A stretch of 64,000 nucleotides of DNA from Escherichia coli (GTDB lineage: Bacteria > Pseudomonadota > Gammaproteobacteria > Enterobacterales > Enterobacteriaceae): the NCBI RefSeq assembly GCF_041886205.1, contig NZ_CP169029.1; one strand, given 5' to 3'. Positions 10,231-22,599 of this stretch are shown one piece after another. Every line of letters starts with the position of its first letter. Position 1 is the first letter of the stretch. A program made the position numbers and the translations under genes. The notes beneath the pieces were generated by a model. It saw only the letters and a program-made list of their open reading frames with translations. It made no database searches and was not told the origin of the DNA.

Positions 10231-10816
10231 CACTTTCTCCTTGTGCTTCGCGTTGATACAGCCGATAAGCCACCTGACCCGCCACTTTTTCCCGATGTAA
10301 TGACCAGTTTGCCGGAACAGTGGGCAGACCGTTTTCGACTTCGCTTTCGACATAAATCAGGGCTTCGTCAGCCAGCCAGCCGTTATCTTCCAGTAAATTT
10401 ATCGTCTCTTCTAACAAGCCACGGCGGAACGGTGGATCGACAAACACGATATTATGCGGTGTGCCTTTTTGCGCCAGGAATGACATTGCGTTGCTGTTCA
10501 CCACGCGTGCATTGCCTGCTTTTAGTGTCGCCAGATTCTTAATTAACTGCTGAGAAACCACGCGATCCATCTCAATCAACGTTGCCCCCGCAGCGTAGCG
10601 CGATAACGCTTCCAGCCCCAGCGCGCCGCTCCCGGCGAAGCAATCCAGACATTGGGCGTCAACAATGACCGGAGCCAGCCAGTTAAACAACGTTTCGCGT
10701 ACGCGGTCGGTGGTGGGGCGCAGACCTGGGCTATCAGGAACCGGGAGTTTACGGCCTCGCCACTGCCCGCCAATAATGCGGATTTGGCCGCTGCCGGAAT
10801 GATTCGGTTTTTTCAT
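10220..10816 (-). CDS. rsmD: 16S rRNA (guanine966-N2)-methyltransferase RsmD
   Basis: 198 aa ORF with the methyltransferase motif LDCFAGSGALGLEALSR and DPPF motif. Confidence 0.92.
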   Translation of the reverse strand: MKKPNHSGSGQIRIIGGQWRGRKLPVPDSPGLRPTTDRVRETLFNWLAPVIVDAQCLDCFAGSGALGLEALSRYAAGATLIEMDRVVSQQLIKNLATLKAGNARVVNSNAMSFLAQKGTPHNIVFVDPPFRRGLLEETINLLEDNGWLADEALIYVESEVENGLPTVPANWSLHREKVAGQVAYRLYQREAQGESDAD

Positions 10817-10965
10817 GATAAATTGCTCAATCCGCCAGATAACACATACTTGCAGGCGGTGATGTGAATTAAGTTAAGTGATAGACTATTTCATCATTTT
10901 TTTAGCTGCTATGTACATAGCGTTAACGCTGTGCCATGAAGCAACAGCGAGGAGTGTAGTCGCAA

Positions 10966-12462
10966 ATGGCGAAAGAAAAAAAACGTGGCTTTTTTTCCTG
11001 GCTGGGCTTTGGTCAAAAAGAGCAGACCCCGGAAAAAGAGACAGAAGTTCAGAATGAACAACCGGTTGTAGAAGAAATCGTTCAGGCGCAAGAGACTGCG
11101 AAGGCTTCGGAACACGCCGTTGAAGAGCAGCCGCAGGCGCATACTGAGGCCGAAGCGGAAACTTTTGCTGCCGAAGTTGTGGAAGTCACTGAACAGGTTG
11201 CTGAAAGTGAAAAAGCGCAGCCTGAAGCGGAAGTCGTTGCACAGCCGGAACCGGTCGTAGAAGAAACGCCGGAGCCAGTGGTTATCGAGCGTGAAGAGCT
11301 GCCGTTGCCGGAAGACGTCAACGCCGAAGCGGTTTCGCCAGAAGAGTGGCAGGCTGAAGCGGAAACCGTAGAGATTGTCGAAGCGGCGGAAGAAGAAGCG
11401 GCTAAAGAAGAAATCACCGACGAAGAGCTGGAAGCACAGGCGCTGGCTGCCGAAGCGGCAGAAGAGGCGGTGATGGTGGTTCCTCCGGCAGAAGAAGAGC
11501 AGCCGGTGGAAGAAATCGCTCAGGAGCAGGAAAAACCGACCAAAGAAGGTTTCTTCGCGCGCCTGAAACGCAGCCTGTTAAAAACCAAAGAAAATCTCGG
11601 TTCCGGATTTATCAGCCTGTTCCGCGGTAAAAAAATCGACGATGATCTGTTTGAAGAGCTGGAAGAACAGCTTTTGATCGCCGATGTGGGCGTGGAAACC
11701 ACACGTAAAATTATCACCAATCTGACGGAAGGCGCATCCCGCAAGCAGCTTCGTGATGCCGAGGCGCTCTATGGCCTGCTGAAAGAAGAGATGGGCGAGA
11801 TTCTGGCGAAAGTCGATGAGCCGCTGAATGTTGAAGGTAAAACGCCGTTCGTGATCCTGATGGTGGGCGTCAACGGTGTGGGTAAAACCACGACGATTGG
11901 TAAGCTGGCACGTCAGTTTGAGCAGCAGGGTAAATCGGTGATGCTGGCGGCGGGCGATACTTTCCGTGCAGCAGCGGTTGAACAGCTTCAGGTCTGGGGT
12001 CAGCGCAACAATATTCCGGTGATTGCCCAGCATACCGGTGCGGATTCCGCCTCTGTTATCTTCGACGCCATTCAGGCAGCTAAAGCGCGTAATATCGACG
12101 TCCTGATTGCCGATACCGCCGGACGCCTGCAGAACAAATCGCACCTGATGGAAGAGTTGAAGAAAATCGTCCGCGTGATGAAGAAACTCGACGTTGAAGC
12201 GCCGCATGAAGTTATGCTGACTATCGATGCCAGCACCGGGCAGAACGCGGTAAGCCAGGCCAAACTGTTCCATGAAGCCGTTGGTTTAACCGGCATCACG
12301 CTAACGAAACTGGACGGCACGGCGAAAGGCGGGGTAATTTTCTCGGTGGCTGACCAGTTTGGTATCCCTATCCGCTACATTGGTGTCGGCGAACGTATTG
12401 AGGATTTGCGTCCGTTTAAGGCGGACGACTTTATAGAGGCACTTTTTGCCCGAGAGGATTAA
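10966..12462 (+). CDS. ftsY: Signal recognition particle receptor FtsY
   Basis: 498 aa ORF; acidic Glu/Ala-rich N-terminal domain followed by NG GTPase domain (GVNGVGKTTT, DTAGR). Confidence 0.95.
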   Translation: MAKEKKRGFFSWLGFGQKEQTPEKETEVQNEQPVVEEIVQAQETAKASEHAVEEQPQAHTEAEAETFAAEVVEVTEQVAESEKAQPEAEVVAQPEPVVEETPEPVVIEREELPLPEDVNAEAVSPEEWQAEAETVEIVEAAEEEAAKEEITDEELEAQALAAEAAEEAVMVVPPAEEEQPVEEIAQEQEKPTKEGFFARLKRSLLKTKENLGSGFISLFRGKKIDDDLFEELEEQLLIADVGVETTRKIITNLTEGASRKQLRDAEALYGLLKEEMGEILAKVDEPLNVEGKTPFVILMVGVNGVGKTTTIGKLARQFEQQGKSVMLAAGDTFRAAAVEQLQVWGQRNNIPVIAQHTGADSASVIFDAIQAAKARNIDVLIADTAGRLQNKSHLMEELKKIVRVMKKLDVEAPHEVMLTIDASTGQNAVSQAKLFHEAVGLTGITLTKLDGTAKGGVIFSVADQFGIPIRYIGVGERIEDLRPFKADDFIEALFARED

Positions 12463-12464
12463 CA

Positions 12465-13133
12465 ATGATTCGCTTTGAACATGTCAGCAAGGCTTATCTC
12501 GGTGGGAGACAGGCGCTGCAGGGCGTTACGTTCCATATGCAGCCGGGTGAGATGGCGTTTCTGACCGGTCATTCCGGCGCAGGGAAAAGTACCCTCCTGA
12601 AGCTGATCTGTGGGATTGAGCGGCCCAGCGCCGGGAAAATCTGGTTTAGCGGCCATGACATCACGCGTCTGAAAAACCGTGAAGTTCCGTTTCTGCGCCG
12701 CCAGATTGGCATGATTTTCCAGGATCACCATCTACTGATGGACCGTACTGTCTACGATAACGTGGCGATCCCGCTGATTATCGCTGGTGCCAGCGGTGAC
12801 GATATTCGTCGCCGGGTGTCGGCGGCACTGGATAAAGTCGGGCTACTGGACAAAGCGAAGAACTTCCCTATTCAGCTTTCGGGCGGTGAACAACAGCGTG
12901 TTGGCATTGCCCGCGCGGTGGTGAATAAGCCCGCGGTACTGCTGGCGGACGAACCGACTGGTAACCTGGACGACGCGTTGTCGGAAGGGATTCTACGTCT
13001 GTTTGAAGAGTTTAACCGCGTTGGGGTAACCGTATTGATGGCAACGCACGACCTCAACCTGATTTCACGGCGTTCCTATCGCATGCTCACCCTGAGCGAT
13101 GGTCACTTGCATGGAGGCGTGGGCCATGAATAA
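12465..13133 (+). CDS. ftsE: Cell division ABC transporter ATP-binding protein FtsE
   Basis: 222 aa ORF with Walker [10 protein letters not shown] and ABC signature LSGGEQQR. Confidence 0.95.
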
Positions 13134-14184
13134 GCGCGATGCAATCAATCATATTCGGCAGTTTGGCGGGCGTCTGGATCGCTTCCGTAAATCGGTCGGC
13201 GGCTCAGGCGATGGCGGTCGTAACGCACCGAAACGCGCGAAATCCTCGCCAAAACCGGTAAATCGCAAAACCAACGTTTTCAACGAACAGGTGCGCTATG
13301 CCTTCCACGGCGCATTGCAGGATCTGAAAAGCAAACCGTTCGCCACATTTTTAACGGTGATGGTTATCGCCATCTCCCTGACGCTGCCCAGCGTCTGTTA
13401 TATGGTGTACAAAAACGTTAACCAGGCGGCGACGCAGTATTATCCGTCACCGCAAATCACTGTTTATCTGCAAAAAACGCTGGACGATGACGCTGCTGCG
13501 GGCGTGGTGGCACAGTTGCAGGCCGAGCAAGGCGTGGAGAAAGTGAATTATCTTTCTCGTGAAGACGCGCTGGGCGAGTTCCGTAACTGGTCTGGCTTTG
13601 GCGGCGCGCTGGATATGCTGGAAGAAAACCCGCTTCCGGCAGTGGCGGTGGTGATCCCGAAACTCGATTTTCAGGGGACGGAATCACTCAATACGCTGCG
13701 TGATCGTATCACGCAGATTAACGGCATTGACGAAGTGCGGATGGATGACAGCTGGTTTGCCCGTCTGGCGGCGTTGACTGGGCTGGTCGGGCGCGTTTCG
13801 GCGATGATCGGCGTATTGATGGTGGCGGCCGTGTTCCTCGTCATCGGCAACAGCGTACGTCTGAGCATCTTTGCTCGCCGTGACTCCATTAACGTGCAGA
13901 AACTGATTGGTGCGACGGATGGTTTCATCCTGCGCCCGTTCCTGTACGGTGGCGCACTGCTGGGATTTTCTGGCGCATTGTTGTCACTAATTTTGTCAGA
14001 AATTCTGGTACTGCGATTGTCATCGGCGGTTGCGGAAGTGGCACAGGTTTTCGGAACGAAGTTTGATATCAATGGTTTATCGTTTGATGAATGCCTGCTG
14101 TTGCTGCTGGTATGCTCGATGATTGGCTGGGTGGCAGCGTGGCTTGCCACGGTACAACATTTACGCCACTTTACGCCTGAATAA
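13126..14184 (+). CDS. ftsX: Cell division ABC transporter permease FtsX
   Basis: ORF 13099..14184; start taken at MNKRDAINH (13126), overlapping the ftsE end, giving the remembered 352 aa protein. Confidence 0.9.
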
Positions 14185-14308
14185 TAAAAGCGTGTTATAC
14201 TCTTTCCCTGCAATGGGTTCCGTAGCAGGGAAAGAGACCCCGTTGTCTCTTCCCGGTATTTCATCTCTATGTCACATTTTGTGCGTAATTTATTCACAAG
14301 CTTGCATT

Positions 14309-14335
14309 GAACTTGTGGATAAAATCACGGTCTGA
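14309..14335 (+). promoter_or_regulatory. rpoH sigma-E-dependent promoter (P3)
   Basis: GAACTT at 14309..14314 and TCTGA at 14331..14335 with a 16 bp spacer, matching the sigma-E consensus, about 95 bp upstream of rpoH. Confidence 0.7.
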
Positions 14336-14428
14336 TAAAACAGTGAATGATAACCTCGTTGCTCTTAAGCTCTGGCACAGTTGTTGCTACCACTGAAGCG
14401 CCAGAAGATATCGATTGAGAGGATTTGA

Positions 14429-15283
14429 ATGACTGACAAAATGCAAAGTTTAGCTTTAGCCCCAGTTGGCAACCTGGATTCCTACATCCGGGCAGCTAAC
14501 GCGTGGCCGATGTTGTCGGCTGACGAGGAGCGGGCGCTGGCTGAAAAGCTGCATTACCATGGCGATCTGGAAGCAGCTAAAACGCTGATCCTGTCTCACC
14601 TGCGGTTTGTTGTTCATATTGCTCGTAATTATGCGGGCTATGGCCTGCCACAGGCGGATTTGATTCAGGAAGGTAACATCGGCCTGATGAAAGCAGTGCG
14701 CCGTTTTAACCCGGAAGTGGGTGTGCGCCTGGTCTCCTTCGCCGTTCACTGGATCAAAGCAGAGATCCACGAATACGTCCTGCGTAACTGGCGTATCGTC
14801 AAAGTTGCGACCACCAAAGCGCAGCGCAAACTGTTCTTCAACCTGCGTAAAACCAAGCAGCGTCTGGGCTGGTTTAACCAGGATGAAGTCGAAATGGTGG
14901 CCCGTGAACTGGGCGTAACCAGCAAAGACGTACGTGAGATGGAATCACGTATGGCGGCACAGGACATGACCTTTGACCTGTCTTCCGACGACGATTCCGA
15001 CAGCCAACCGATGGCACCGGTGCTCTATCTGCAGGATAAATCATCTAACTTTGCCGACGGCATCGAAGATGATAACTGGGAAGAGCAGGCGGCAAACCGT
15101 CTGACCGACGCGATGCAGGGTCTGGACGAACGCAGCCAGGACATCATCCGCGCGCGCTGGCTGGACGAAGACAACAAGTCCACGTTGCAGGAACTGGCTG
15201 ACCGTTACGGCGTTTCCGCTGAACGTGTACGCCAGCTGGAAAAGAACGCGATGAAAAAACTGCGCGCTGCTATAGAAGCGTAA
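14429..15283 (+). CDS. rpoH: RNA polymerase sigma-32 (heat shock sigma factor)
   Basis: 284 aa ORF matching remembered RpoH, including the RpoH box QRKLFFNLR. Confidence 0.97.
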   Translation: MTDKMQSLALAPVGNLDSYIRAANAWPMLSADEERALAEKLHYHGDLEAAKTLILSHLRFVVHIARNYAGYGLPQADLIQEGNIGLMKAVRRFNPEVGVRLVSFAVHWIKAEIHEYVLRNWRIVKVATTKAQRKLFFNLRKTKQRLGWFNQDEVEMVARELGVTSKDVREMESRMAAQDMTFDLSSDDDSDSQPMAPVLYLQDKSSNFADGIEDDNWEEQAANRLTDAMQGLDERSQDIIRARWLDEDNKSTLQELADRYGVSAERVRQLEKNAMKKLRAAIEA

Positions 15284-15302
15284 TTTCCGCTATTAAGCAG
15301 AG

Positions 15303-15336
15303 AACCCTGGATGCGAGTCCGGGGTTTTTGTTTTTT
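15303..15336 (+). terminator. rpoH rho-independent terminator
   Basis: Stem aaccctgga/tccggggtt with loop tgcgag followed by tttttgtttttt. Confidence 0.75.
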
Positions 15337-15553
15337 GAGCCTCTACAATAATCAATTTCCCCTCCGGCAAAACGCCAATCCCCACGCAGATTGTTAATAA
15401 ACTGTCAAAATAGCTATTCCAATATCATAAAAATCGGGTATGTTTTAGCAGAGTATGCTGCTAAAGCACGGGTAGTCATGCATAAAACGAAATAAAGTGC
15501 TGAACAACAACATCACAACACACGTAATAACCAGAAGAATGGGGATTCTCAGG

Positions 15554-16657
15554 ATGAACATAAAGGGTAAAGCGTTACTGGCAGGATGTATCGCGCTGGC
15601 ATTCAGCAATATGGCTCTGGCAGAAGATATTAAAGTCGCGGTCGTGGGCGCAATGTCCGGTCCGGTGGCCCAGTACGGTGACCAGGAGTTTACCGGCGCA
15701 GAGCAGGCGGTTGCGGATATCAACGCTAAAGGCGGCATTAAAGGCAACAAACTGCAAATCGTAAAATATGACGATGCCTGTGACCCGAAACAGGCGGTTG
15801 CGGTGGCGAACAAAGTCGTTAACGACGGCATTAAATACGTGATTGGTCACCTCTGTTCTTCATCAACGCAGCCTGCGTCTGATATCTACGAAGACGAAGG
15901 CATTTTAATGATCACCCCAGCGGCAACCGCGCCGGAGCTGACCGCCCGTAGCTATCAGCTGATCCTGCGCACCACCGGCCTGGACTCCGACCAGGGGCCG
16001 ACGGCGGCGAAATATATTCTTGAGAAAGTGAAACCGCAGCGTATTGCTATCGTTCACGACAAACAGCAATACGGCGAAGGTCTGGCGCGAGCGGTGCAGG
16101 ACGGCCTGAAGAAAGGCAATGCTAACGTGGTGTTCTTTGATGGTATCACCGCCGGGGAAAAAGATTTCTCAACGCTGGTGGCGCGTCTGAAAAAAGAGAA
16201 TATCGACTTCGTTTACTACGGCGGTTATCACCCGGAAATGGGGCAAATCCTGCGTCAGGCACGCGCGGCAGGGCTGAAAACTCAGTTTATGGGGCCGGAA
16301 GGTGTGGCTAACGTTTCGCTGTCTAACATTGCGGGCGAATCAGCGGAAGGGCTGCTGGTGACCAAGCCGAAGAACTACGATCAGGTTCCGGCGAACAAAC
16401 CCATTGTTGACGCGATCAAAGCGAAAAAACAGGACCCAAGCGGCGCATTCGTCTGGACCACCTACGCCGCGCTGCAATCTTTGCAGGCGGGCCTGAATCA
16501 GTCTGACGATCCGGCTGAAATCGCCAAATACCTGAAAGCGAACTCCGTGGATACCGTAATGGGACCGCTGACGTGGGATGAGAAAGGCGATCTGAAAGGC
16601 TTTGAGTTCGGCGTATTTGACTGGCACGCCAACGGCACGGCGACCGATGCGAAGTAA
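15554..16657 (+). CDS. livJ: Leu/Ile/Val-binding periplasmic protein LivJ
   Basis: ORF 15497..16657; start at [23 protein letters not shown] signal peptide (15554) gives the remembered 367 aa protein. Confidence 0.92.
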   Translation: MNIKGKALLAGCIALAFSNMALAEDIKVAVVGAMSGPVAQYGDQEFTGAEQAVADINAKGGIKGNKLQIVKYDDACDPKQAVAVANKVVNDGIKYVIGHLCSSSTQPASDIYEDEGILMITPAATAPELTARSYQLILRTTGLDSDQGPTAAKYILEKVKPQRIAIVHDKQQYGEGLARAVQDGLKKGNANVVFFDGITAGEKDFSTLVARLKKENIDFVYYGGYHPEMGQILRQARAAGLKTQFMGPEGVANVSLSNIAGESAEGLLVTKPKNYDQVPANKPIVDAIKAKKQDPSGAFVWTTYAALQSLQAGLNQSDDPAEIAKYLKANSVDTVMGPLTWDEKGDLKGFEFGVFDWHANGTATDAK

Positions 16658-16713
16658 TCATTAATCGGCAACTTTGGGTTGCCGCCAAATTGCTAATATC
16701 GAGTACGTTGCTT

Positions 16714-16818
<105 letters not shown>

Positions 16819-16855
16819 TTCTCGTTGGTCATCACTTTTGAAATCAACTTGACGA

Positions 16856-17239
16856 TTAACGCTTCTCCCAGCCGCCCTGTTGCGCCGTAAATCCCAGTGC
16901 CTGCATAAACGCCGTCATCACACCGCGATCTTCCACGCCTGCATCCGCCATCCACCAGCATGAAACGCCAGGATTGTTACGCAAAACCTCTTCCAGCAGA
17001 TATTGCCCCACACCGCGACGTCGGGTGACTTCCCGCACACGCAGGGAATCCAGTGCTCCCTCGGTGCCGCTTAAGGTTACCCGTACGGCAGCGAGCAGGC
17101 GCTCGTTAAAACGCGCGGCGTAGATACGGTGGTTATCGTCAACCTGTAAAGAGGAAGGGGAATACTCCGGCCAGATCTTTTGCAGGTCAATCCGGTCCTG
17201 GTCGCTAAAGTTTTCTAATCGAATGATGGTCAGCTTCAT
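16856..17239 (-). CDS. panM: PanD maturation factor PanM/PanZ (GNAT fold)
   Basis: 127 aa ORF matching remembered YhhK/PanM; lies between livJ and livK on the opposite strand as in K-12. Confidence 0.88.
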   Translation of the reverse strand: MKLTIIRLENFSDQDRIDLQKIWPEYSPSSLQVDDNHRIYAARFNERLLAAVRVTLSGTEGALDSLRVREVTRRRGVGQYLLEEVLRNNPGVSCWWMADAGVEDRGVMTAFMQALGFTAQQGGWEKR

Positions 17240-17662
17240 GGGTAACCCGTGTAAATCACAAAAGTGGAACCAGTGTAGCGAAATAATTTAATCGGAGGCT
17301 TTCTCTTTTTTCTTTCTTTTGGCAGGTGATTAATTTTTTAACAGCAATAATTACAAAGTTAAAACATTAGAGAATGAAAAATACCCAGCATAATCCCCTG
17401 AATGGTAGTGAATTATTCCGCCCTTCGTGCCGTTATTTTATGCTGACAAAGGCACTTTTTTCTGTTTATCTATCAATAAATTCAGAATATTATCTGTTCT
17501 TAATCGACTGAAAAATATGGATTTTAATCGCTATTATCACAAAATACTGCGCTAAACCCTTAATCAGACAGGCAAAAACAGTGCAGTATAAAAAAAGAAC
17601 AGTCTGATTTGTTAACACATAAAAACAAAGCAACACAACATCACGAATGGGGATTTTTGACT

Positions 17663-18772
17663 ATGAAACGGAATGCGAAAACTATCATCGCAGGGATGAT
17701 TGCACTGGCAATTTCACACACCGCTATGGCTGACGATATTAAAGTTGCCGTTGTCGGCGCGATGTCCGGCCCGATTGCCCAGTGGGGCGATATGGAATTT
17801 AACGGCGCGCGTCAGGCGATTAAAGACATTAATGCCAAAGGGGGAATTAAAGGCGACAAGCTGGTGGGCGTGGAATATGACGACGCCTGCGACCCGAAAC
17901 AAGCCGTTGCGGTCGCCAACAAAATCGTTAACGACGGCATTAAATACGTTATTGGTCATTTGTGTTCTTCCTCTACCCAACCTGCATCAGATATTTACGA
18001 AGACGAAGGTATTCTGATGATCTCGCCGGGAGCGACCAACCCGGAGCTGACTCAACGCGGTTATCAATACATCATGCGTACTGCCGGGCTGGACTCTTCC
18101 CAGGGGCCAACGGCGGCAAAATACATTCTTGAGACGGTGAAGCCCCAGCGCATCGCCATCATTCACGACAAACAACAGTATGGCGAAGGGCTGGCACGTT
18201 CGGTGCAGGACGGGCTGAAAGCGGCTAACGCCAACGTCGTCTTCTTCGATGGCATTACCGCTGGCGAGAAAGATTTCTCCGCGCTGATCGCCCGCCTGAA
18301 AAAAGAAAACATCGACTTCGTTTACTACGGCGGTTACTACCCGGAAATGGGGCAGATGCTGCGCCAGGCCCGTTCCGTTGGCCTGAAAACCCAGTTTATG
18401 GGGCCGGAAGGTGTGGGTAATGCGTCGTTGTCGAATATTGCCGGTGATGCCGCCGAAGGCATGTTGGTCACTATGCCAAAACGCTATGACCAGGATCCGG
18501 CAAACCAGGGCATCGTTGATGCGCTGAAAGCAGACAAGAAAGATCCGTCCGGGCCTTATGTCTGGATCACCTACGCGGCGGTGCAATCTCTGGCAACTGC
18601 CCTTGAGCGTACCGGCAGCGATGAGCCGCTGGCGCTGGTGAAAGATTTAAAAGCTAACGGTGCAAACACCGTGATTGGGCCGCTGAACTGGGATGAAAAA
18701 GGCGATCTTAAGGGATTTGATTTTGGTGTCTTCCAGTGGCACGCCGACGGTTCATCCACGGCAGCCAAGTGA
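17663..18772 (+). CDS. livK: Leucine-specific periplasmic binding protein LivK
   Basis: ORF 17609..18772; start at [23 protein letters not shown] signal peptide (17663) gives the remembered 369 aa protein; paralog of livJ. Confidence 0.92.
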   Translation: MKRNAKTIIAGMIALAISHTAMADDIKVAVVGAMSGPIAQWGDMEFNGARQAIKDINAKGGIKGDKLVGVEYDDACDPKQAVAVANKIVNDGIKYVIGHLCSSSTQPASDIYEDEGILMISPGATNPELTQRGYQYIMRTAGLDSSQGPTAAKYILETVKPQRIAIIHDKQQYGEGLARSVQDGLKAANANVVFFDGITAGEKDFSALIARLKKENIDFVYYGGYYPEMGQMLRQARSVGLKTQFMGPEGVGNASLSNIAGDAAEGMLVTMPKRYDQDPANQGIVDALKADKKDPSGPYVWITYAAVQSLATALERTGSDEPLALVKDLKANGANTVIGPLNWDEKGDLKGFDFGVFQWHADGSSTAAK

Positions 18773-18819
18773 TCATCCCACCGCCCGTGAAATGCGGGCG
18801 GGTTTAGAAAGGTTATCTT

Positions 18820-19746
18820 ATGTCTGAGCAGTTTTTGTATTTCTTGCAGCAGATGTTTAACGGCGTCACGCTGGGCAGTACCTATGCGCTGATAGCCATC
18901 GGCTACACCATGGTTTACGGCATTATCGGCATGATCAACTTCGCCCACGGCGAGGTTTATATGATTGGCAGCTACGTCTCATTTATGATCATCGCCGCGC
19001 TGATGATGATGGGCATTGATACCGGCTGGCTGCTGGTGGCGGCGGGATTCGTCGGCGCAATCGTCATTGCCAGCGCCTACGGCTGGAGTATCGAACGGGT
19101 GGCCTATCGCCCGGTGCGTAATTCTAAGCGCCTGATTGCGCTCATCTCAGCAATCGGTATGTCCATCTTCCTGCAAAACTACGTCAGCCTGACTGAAGGT
19201 TCGCGCGACGTGGCGCTGCCGAGCCTGTTTAACGGGCAGTGGGTGGTGGGCCATAGCGAAAACTTCTCTGCCTCTATTACCACCATGCAGGCGGTGATCT
19301 GGATTGTCACCTTCCTCGCCATGCTGGCGCTGACGATTTTCATTCGCTATTCCCGCATGGGGCGCGCCTGTCGTGCCTGCGCGGAAGATCTGAAAATGGC
19401 GAGCCTGCTTGGCATCAACACCGACCGGGTGATTGCGCTGACCTTTGTGATTGGCGCAGCGATGGCGGCGGTGGCAGGTGTGCTGCTCGGTCAGTTCTAC
19501 GGCGTCATTAACCCCTACATCGGCTTTATGGCCGGGATGAAAGCCTTTACCGCTGCGGTGCTCGGTGGGATTGGCAGCATTCCGGGAGCGATGATTGGCG
19601 GGCTGATTCTGGGGATTGCGGAGGCGCTCTCTTCTGCCTATCTGAGTACGGAATATAAGGATGTGGTTTCATTTGCCCTGCTGATTCTGGTGCTGCTGGT
19701 GATGCCGACCGGTATTCTGGGTCGCCCGGAGGTAGAGAAAGTATGA
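18820..19746 (+). CDS. livH: Branched-chain amino acid ABC transporter permease LivH
   Basis: 308 aa polytopic ORF, first permease of the livKHMGF operon. Confidence 0.93.
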   Translation: MSEQFLYFLQQMFNGVTLGSTYALIAIGYTMVYGIIGMINFAHGEVYMIGSYVSFMIIAALMMMGIDTGWLLVAAGFVGAIVIASAYGWSIERVAYRPVRNSKRLIALISAIGMSIFLQNYVSLTEGSRDVALPSLFNGQWVVGHSENFSASITTMQAVIWIVTFLAMLALTIFIRYSRMGRACRACAEDLKMASLLGINTDRVIALTFVIGAAMAAVAGVLLGQFYGVINPYIGFMAGMKAFTAAVLGGIGSIPGAMIGGLILGIAEALSSAYLSTEYKDVVSFALLILVLLVMPTGILGRPEVEKV

Positions 19747-21020
19747 AACCGATGCATATTGCAATGGCGTTGCTCTCTGCCGCGATGTTTTTTGTCCTGG
19801 CGGGCGTCTTTATGGGCGTACAACTGGAGCTGGATGGCACCAAACTGGTGGTCGACACGGCTTCAGACATCCGTTGGCAGTGGGTGTTTATCGGCACGGC
19901 GGTGGTCTTTTTCTTCCAGCTTTTGCGACCGGCTTTCCAGAAAGGGTTGAAAAGCGTTTCCGGACCGAAGTTTATTCTGCCCGCCATTGATGGCTCCACG
20001 GTGAAGCAGAAACTATTCCTCGTGGCGCTGCTGGTGCTTGCGGTGGCGTGGCCGTTTATGGTGTCGCGTGGGACGGTGGATATCGCCACCCTGACCATGA
20101 TCTACATTATCCTCGGCCTCGGGCTGAACGTGGTTGTTGGTCTTTCTGGTCTGCTGGTGCTGGGGTACGGCGGCTTTTACGCCATCGGCGCTTACACCTT
20201 TGCGCTGCTCAATCACTATTACGGCCTGGGCTTCTGGACCTGTCTGCCGATTGCCGGGTTAATGGCAGCGGCGGCGGGCTTCCTGCTCGGCTTCCCGGTG
20301 CTGCGTCTGCGCGGCGACTATCTGGCGATCGTTACCCTCGGTTTCGGCGAAATTGTGCGCATATTGCTGCTCAATAACACCGAAATTACCGGCGGCCCGA
20401 ACGGAATCAGTCAGATCCCGAAACCGACACTCTTCGGACTCGAGTTCAGCCGTACCGCTCGTGAAGGCGGCTGGGACACGTTCAGTAATTTCTTTGGCCT
20501 GAAATACGATCCCTCCGATCGTGTCATCTTCCTCTACCTGGTGGCGTTGCTGCTGGTGGTGCTAAGCCTGTTTGTCATTAACCGCCTGCTGCGGATGCCG
20601 CTGGGGCGTGCGTGGGAAGCGTTGCGTGAAGACGAGATCGCCTGCCGTTCGCTGGGCTTAAGCCCGCGTCGTATCAAGCTGACTGCCTTTACCATCAGCG
20701 CCGCGTTTGCCGGTTTTGCCGGAACGCTGTTTGCGGCGCGTCAGGGCTTTGTCAGCCCGGAATCCTTCACCTTTGCCGAATCGGCGTTTGTACTGGCGAT
20801 AGTGGTGCTCGGCGGTATGGGATCGCAGTTTGCGGTGATTCTGGCGGCAATTTTGCTGGTGGTATCGCGCGAATTGATGCGTGATTTCAACGAATACAGC
20901 ATGTTAATGCTCGGTGGTTTGATGGTGCTGATGATGATCTGGCGTCCGCAGGGCTTGCTGCCCATGACGCGTCCGCAACTGAAGCTGAAAAACGGCGCAG
21001 CGAAAGGAGAGCAGGCATGA
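19743..21020 (+). CDS. livM: Branched-chain amino acid ABC transporter permease LivM
   Basis: 425 aa polytopic ORF overlapping livH stop and livG start. Confidence 0.93.
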   Translation: MKPMHIAMALLSAAMFFVLAGVFMGVQLELDGTKLVVDTASDIRWQWVFIGTAVVFFFQLLRPAFQKGLKSVSGPKFILPAIDGSTVKQKLFLVALLVLAVAWPFMVSRGTVDIATLTMIYIILGLGLNVVVGLSGLLVLGYGGFYAIGAYTFALLNHYYGLGFWTCLPIAGLMAAAAGFLLGFPVLRLRGDYLAIVTLGFGEIVRILLLNNTEITGGPNGISQIPKPTLFGLEFSRTAREGGWDTFSNFFGLKYDPSDRVIFLYLVALLLVVLSLFVINRLLRMPLGRAWEALREDEIACRSLGLSPRRIKLTAFTISAAFAGFAGTLFAARQGFVSPESFTFAESAFVLAIVVLGGMGSQFAVILAAILLVVSRELMRDFNEYSMLMLGGLMVLMMIWRPQGLLPMTRPQLKLKNGAAKGEQA

Positions 21021-21784
21021 GTCAGCCATTATTATCCGTTAACGGGCTGATGATGCGCTTCGGCGGCCTGCTGGCGGTGAACAACGTCAATCTCGAACTG
21101 TACCCGCAGGAGATCGTCTCGTTAATCGGTCCTAACGGTGCCGGAAAAACCACGGTCTTTAACTGCCTGACCGGATTCTACAAACCCACTGGAGGCACCA
21201 TTTTACTGCGCGATCAGCATCTGGAAGGTTTACCGGGGCAGCAAATTGCCCGCATGGGCGTGGTGCGTACCTTCCAGCATGTGCGTCTGTTCCGTGAAAT
21301 GACGGTGATTGAAAACCTGCTGGTGGCGCAGCATCAGCAACTGAAAACCGGGCTGTTCTCTGGCCTGTTGAAAACGCCATCCTTCCGTCGCGCCCAGAGC
21401 GAAGCGCTCGACCGCGCCGCGACCTGGCTTGAGCGCATTGGTTTGCTGGAACACGCCAACCGTCAGGCGAGTAACCTGGCCTATGGTGACCAGCGCCGTC
21501 TTGAGATTGCCCGCTGCATGGTGACGCAGCCGGAGATTTTAATGCTCGACGAACCTGCGGCAGGTCTTAACCCGAAAGAGACGAAAGAGCTGGATGAGCT
21601 GATTGCCGAACTGCGCAATCATCACAACACCACTATCTTGTTGATTGAACACGATATGAAGCTGGTGATGGGAATTTCGGACCGAATTTACGTGGTCAAT
21701 CAGGGGACGCCACTGGCAAACGGTACGCCGGAGCAGATCCGTAATAACCCGGACGTGATCCGTGCCTATTTAGGTGAGGCATAA
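21017..21784 (+). CDS. livG: Branched-chain amino acid ABC transporter ATPase LivG
   Basis: 255 aa ORF with Walker [10 protein letters not shown] and Walker [10 protein letters not shown]. Confidence 0.93.
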   Translation: MSQPLLSVNGLMMRFGGLLAVNNVNLELYPQEIVSLIGPNGAGKTTVFNCLTGFYKPTGGTILLRDQHLEGLPGQQIARMGVVRTFQHVRLFREMTVIENLLVAQHQQLKTGLFSGLLKTPSFRRAQSEALDRAATWLERIGLLEHANRQASNLAYGDQRRLEIARCMVTQPEILMLDEPAAGLNPKETKELDELIAELRNHHNTTILLIEHDMKLVMGISDRIYVVNQGTPLANGTPEQIRNNPDVIRAYLGEA

Positions 21785-21785
21785 G

Positions 21786-22499
21786 ATGGAAAAAGTCATG
21801 TTGTCCTTTGACAAAGTCAGCGCCCACTACGGCAAAATCCAGGCGCTGCATGAGGTGAGCCTGCATATCAATCAGGGCGAGATTGTTACCCTGATTGGCG
21901 CGAACGGGGCGGGGAAAACCACCTTGCTCGGCACATTATGCGGCGATCCGCGCGCCACCAGCGGGCGAATTGTGTTTGATGATAAAGACATTACCGACTG
22001 GCAGACGGCGAAAATCATGCGCGAAGCGGTAGCGATTGTCCCGGAAGGGCGTCGTGTTTTCTCGCGGATGACGGTGGAAGAGAACCTGGCGATGGGCGGT
22101 TTCTTTGCCGAACGTGACCAGTTTCAGGAGCGCATAAAGTGGGTGTATGAGCTGTTTCCACGTCTTCATGAGCGTCGTGTTCAGCGGGCGGGCACCATGT
22201 CCGGCGGTGAACAGCAGATGCTGGCGATTGGTCGCGCGCTGATGAGCAACCCGCGTTTGTTGTTGCTTGATGAGCCATCGCTCGGTCTTGCGCCGATTAT
22301 CATCCAGCAAATTTTCGACACCATCGAGCAGCTGCGCGAGCAGGGGATGACTATCTTCCTCGTCGAGCAGAACGCCAACCAGGCGCTAAAGCTGGCGGAT
22401 CGCGGCTACGTGCTGGAAAACGGCCATGTGGTGCTCTCCGATACCGGCGACGCGCTGCTGGCGAACGAAACGGTGAGAAGTGCGTATTTAGGCGGGTGA
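21786..22499 (+). CDS. livF: Branched-chain amino acid ABC transporter ATPase LivF
   Basis: ORF 21774..22499; start MEKVMLSFDK at 21786 gives the remembered 237 aa protein; Walker A GANGAGKTT. Confidence 0.92.
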   Translation: MEKVMLSFDKVSAHYGKIQALHEVSLHINQGEIVTLIGANGAGKTTLLGTLCGDPRATSGRIVFDDKDITDWQTAKIMREAVAIVPEGRRVFSRMTVEENLAMGGFFAERDQFQERIKWVYELFPRLHERRVQRAGTMSGGEQQMLAIGRALMSNPRLLLLDEPSLGLAPIIIQQIFDTIEQLREQGMTIFLVEQNANQALKLADRGYVLENGHVVLSDTGDALLANETVRSAYLGG

Positions 22500-22508
22500 T
22501 TTATCAAT

Positions 22509-22541
22509 AACCCGGCAGCTAAGTTCTGCCGGGTTATTTGT
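22509..22541 (+). terminator. liv operon rho-independent terminator
   Basis: Stem aacccggcag/ctgccgggtt with loop ctaagtt followed by atttgt. Confidence 0.75.
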
Positions 22542-22599
22542 CCGTATACAGACTTGTTTCAACTGACCGGGAGGATTAAAAACTGTCCACTTATTTGCC

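Noticed and set aside
11000-11560. Repetitive Glu/Ala/Val/Pro-rich region resembling a tandem repeat
   Set aside because: This is the natural acidic A domain of FtsY, in frame within a single ORF; not a repeat element or CRISPR array.
11578-12273. 231 aa minus-strand ORF inside ftsY
   Set aside because: Antisense to the FtsY NG domain; artefact.
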